Positions 62,118-64,000 of a stretch of 64,000 nt of DNA are shown here, piece after piece. Under the pieces are notes generated by a model that did no database searches, had not been told where the DNA came from, and saw nothing but the letters and a program-made list of their open reading frames with translations. Source of the stretch: an uncultured Clostridia bacterium (GTDB lineage Bacteria > Bacillota > Clostridia > Christensenellales > UBA3700); the NCBI GenBank assembly GCA_944380395.1, contig CALWHM010000002.1:1526-65525 (forward strand), written 5' to 3'. Within the stretch, counting starts at the first letter, position 1. The number at the start of each line of letters is the position of its first letter. The translations under genes and the position numbers were made by a program.

Positions 62118-63692
62118 ATGTTAAATATAATACCTTATCCCAATAGAGTGCGCGTGCGCGAAGGCGAGCTGGAATTAAAGGGCACGATATGCGTGCGCTG
62201 CCCGGAGCGCTACTCCGCGATCGCGGAAAAATTCACCGCGGATATACACAGGAGCCTGCCTTCCGTGCATGTGGAAGACGAAGGCGACATTGTGATAGAC
62301 TTCAATCCCGTCACGGATTACGGGCAGGAGGAGTATTCCTTGGAAGTGAGCGCAAAGGGCATAGACGTGCGCGCTTCAAAAGCTCCCGGTTTTATCTACG
62401 CCTGCCAAACGCTGTATCAGATGATGGAGCTGCACAAATTCCACGCTGCGGGGGTCAAACTCCCCTATTGCAACATTTCGGACAAGCCGCGCTTCCGCTG
62501 GCGCGGACTTTTGCTGGACGAAGCGCGTCACTTCTTCGGCAAAGAAGCGGTGCTCCGCCTTTTGGAGATAATGGCGATGCACAAGCTGAACGCGCTGTGC
62601 TGGCATCTTGCCGACGATCAGGGCTGGAGGATAGAGAGCAAGCGCTATCCGCTGCTGCACGAGATAGGCTCGCGCAGGTCTGACACGCAAATCGGCGGCA
62701 CGCGTTCGGAAAAATTCTGCGGTCAGGGGCATGAGGGCTATTACAGGCAGGAAGACATAAAAGAGATAGTGGAAAAGGCGCACTCTATGGGCATATTGGT
62801 CATGCCGGAGATATCCCTGCCCACGCATGTGGGCGCCATGGCTGCGGCTTATCCGCAGATAACCTGTTCGGGCAAGACCATGCCGGTCGCCACTTCTTTC
62901 GGGGACAAAGGCACGCTGCTTTGCGGGAGCAAGAGCGAAACGCGCGTTTTTATAGAAGGTTTGATGGACGAGATATGCGAGCTGTTCCCCTCTCCGTACA
63001 TCTCCGTGCGCGCGGCGAATCTGAATGCGGAAGCGTGGCTGCAATGCGACGCCTGCCGCAAATATATGCAGGAAAAGTTTATGCACGATCCCAAGCAGCT
63101 GCAGGCGGCTTTTTTGAACGACGTATCCGAATACTTAAAGAAAAAAGGCAGGCGTATGCTGTGCGAAAACACCGCCATGGCGGACGGTATGAGCCAAGAT
63201 ATAATAGGCATTTACGCTTCCAATGAGATTGACAGAACCATTCCCGACCAATTGCGCTGGGGCAGAAGTTACATTATCTCCAAGCCGGCATATCTGGACT
63301 TCGATCTCCCCTACTGCGCCCTGCCGCTGATGAAGACGTACTCCTTCGATCCGGACAAGGAATTGAAGGGCTGCCGCTATCTGCACGGCAAAGTGATGGG
63401 CATTCAGGCAAACTTGTGGTCGGAGTGGATATACGACAGGGAAAAAGCGGATATGTGCCTGTTCCCGCGCATGGCGGCGCTGGCGGAGATAGGCTGGACG
63501 GAACCTAGTGAAAAGAGCAAGTCGGACTTTATAAGGCGGCTTAATTCTTACCGCGAACTGCTGGACGGCAGCGACATATATTACGCCAAGGACAAGATAT
63601 GTATGCCGCACAATCTCATTTCGCGGTTCAGAAAATTGTATTACTATAACCTGATGGATCAATATATAGAGGTTAGGGAGAACAGAAAATGA
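62118..63692 (+). CDS. GH20 beta-N-acetylhexosaminidase homolog (catalytic Asp-Glu apparently substituted)
   Basis: 524 aa. GH20 motifs RWRGLLLDEARHFF and NALCWHLADDQGWRIE are present, and EISLPTH replaces EIDxPGH. YISVRAAN (62997-63020) sits where HIGGDE is expected. Confidence 0.75.
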   Translation: MLNIIPYPNRVRVREGELELKGTICVRCPERYSAIAEKFTADIHRSLPSVHVEDEGDIVIDFNPVTDYGQEEYSLEVSAKGIDVRASKAPGFIYACQTLYQMMELHKFHAAGVKLPYCNISDKPRFRWRGLLLDEARHFFGKEAVLRLLEIMAMHKLNALCWHLADDQGWRIESKRYPLLHEIGSRRSDTQIGGTRSEKFCGQGHEGYYRQEDIKEIVEKAHSMGILVMPEISLPTHVGAMAAAYPQITCSGKTMPVATSFGDKGTLLCGSKSETRVFIEGLMDEICELFPSPYISVRAANLNAEAWLQCDACRKYMQEKFMHDPKQLQAAFLNDVSEYLKKKGRRMLCENTAMADGMSQDIIGIYASNEIDRTIPDQLRWGRSYIISKPAYLDFDLPYCALPLMKTYSFDPDKELKGCRYLHGKVMGIQANLWSEWIYDREKADMCLFPRMAALAEIGWTEPSEKSKSDFIRRLNSYRELLDGSDIYYAKDKICMPHNLISRFRKLYYYNLMDQYIEVRENRK

Positions 63693-64000
63693 AAAAAACC
63701 ATCATGAACGTACGCCCTTTTTCCGAGGGCAGGATCAAACCTCAATGCAGCATTGTGGTGGAAGACGGCAAAATAATTTCAATGGGCAACGTGCTTGCCG
63801 GCGAAGTGATAGACGGCAAAGGTATGATAGCCTGCGCGGGATACATAGATATCCACACCCACGGCGGCTGGGGCAAGGACTGTATGGAGCCTACCCGGGA
63901 AGCCATAGACACCGTGGCAAAGTACCACCTTTCCACGGGCATAACTTCCTTCTGCCCCACCACAATGACGGCGGACATCGCGGACATAGAAGCCGCGCTT
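63689..64000 (+). CDS. nagA: N-acetylglucosamine-6-phosphate deacetylase (5' partial, runs off the window)
   Basis: The ATG at 63689 overlaps the GH20 stop (ATGA). The translation MKKTIMNVRPF...GYIDIHTHGGWGKD carries the amidohydrolase HxH motif typical of NagA. Confidence 0.75.
   Translation, partial: MKKTIMNVRPFSEGRIKPQCSIVVEDGKIISMGNVLAGEVIDGKGMIACAGYIDIHTHGGWGKDCMEPTREAIDTVAKYHLSTGITSFCPTTMTADIADIEAAL

Noticed and set aside
1-64000. tRNA, rRNA, tmRNA or other structured RNA genes.
   Set aside because: The intergenic regions are short and are explained by promoters and terminators. No cloverleaf-like or rRNA-like sequence was recognised by eye. A tRNAscan/Infernal run would be needed to exclude small ncRNAs formally.

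Overview
This is a 64-kb chromosomal segment from a moderately GC-rich bacterium. It looks Clostridia-like: AGGAGG-type Shine-Dalgarno sites, type III glutamine synthetase, luxS, and metG-tatD-rsmA synteny. I recognised no rRNA, tRNA or CRISPR array. All family assignments come from motifs read by eye in the translated ORFs, and no database search was possible.

Left part: an HD-domain dGTPase-like gene, a GH38 alpha-mannosidase, luxS, a propeller-like putative glycosidase, a Zn-dependent alcohol dehydrogenase and an NCS2 purine permease.

Centre (9.46-33.17 kb), the most interesting region: one tightly packed 11-gene minus-strand operon driven by a near-consensus promoter. In transcription order it encodes:
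- an Hsp70-like ATPase
- an SNF2 helicase with a Cys-rich tail
- a CxxC-rich orphan protein
- a 5-TM giant protein with about 10 MBG/Ig-like repeats
- a Zn-ribbon/Sel1 protein
- a 516-aa coiled-coil protein
- two paralogous HExxH metallopeptidase-like proteins
- a DUF4011/Upf1-like SF1 helicase with a degenerate REase-like tail
- a charged helical ESCRT-III/PspA-like protein
- a Vps4-like single-domain AAA+ ATPase

I do not recognise this combination as any named system. I propose it as a candidate novel NTP-dependent conflict or membrane-remodelling system.

Right part:
- carA and carB, with carB fused in frame to dapF, behind a leader that contains a terminator hairpin
- glnN
- an AT-rich islet carrying a decayed serine-recombinase gene, two P-loop kinases and a pentapeptide-repeat/ion-channel-like protein
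- the lipoprotein-metG-tatD-radical SAM-rsmA operon
- a capsule/O-antigen-like gene set (capD-like, wzz-like, wzy-like, galE)
- hexosamine genes: a nahK-like kinase, a GH20 homolog whose catalytic Asp-Glu appears substituted, and a partial nagA
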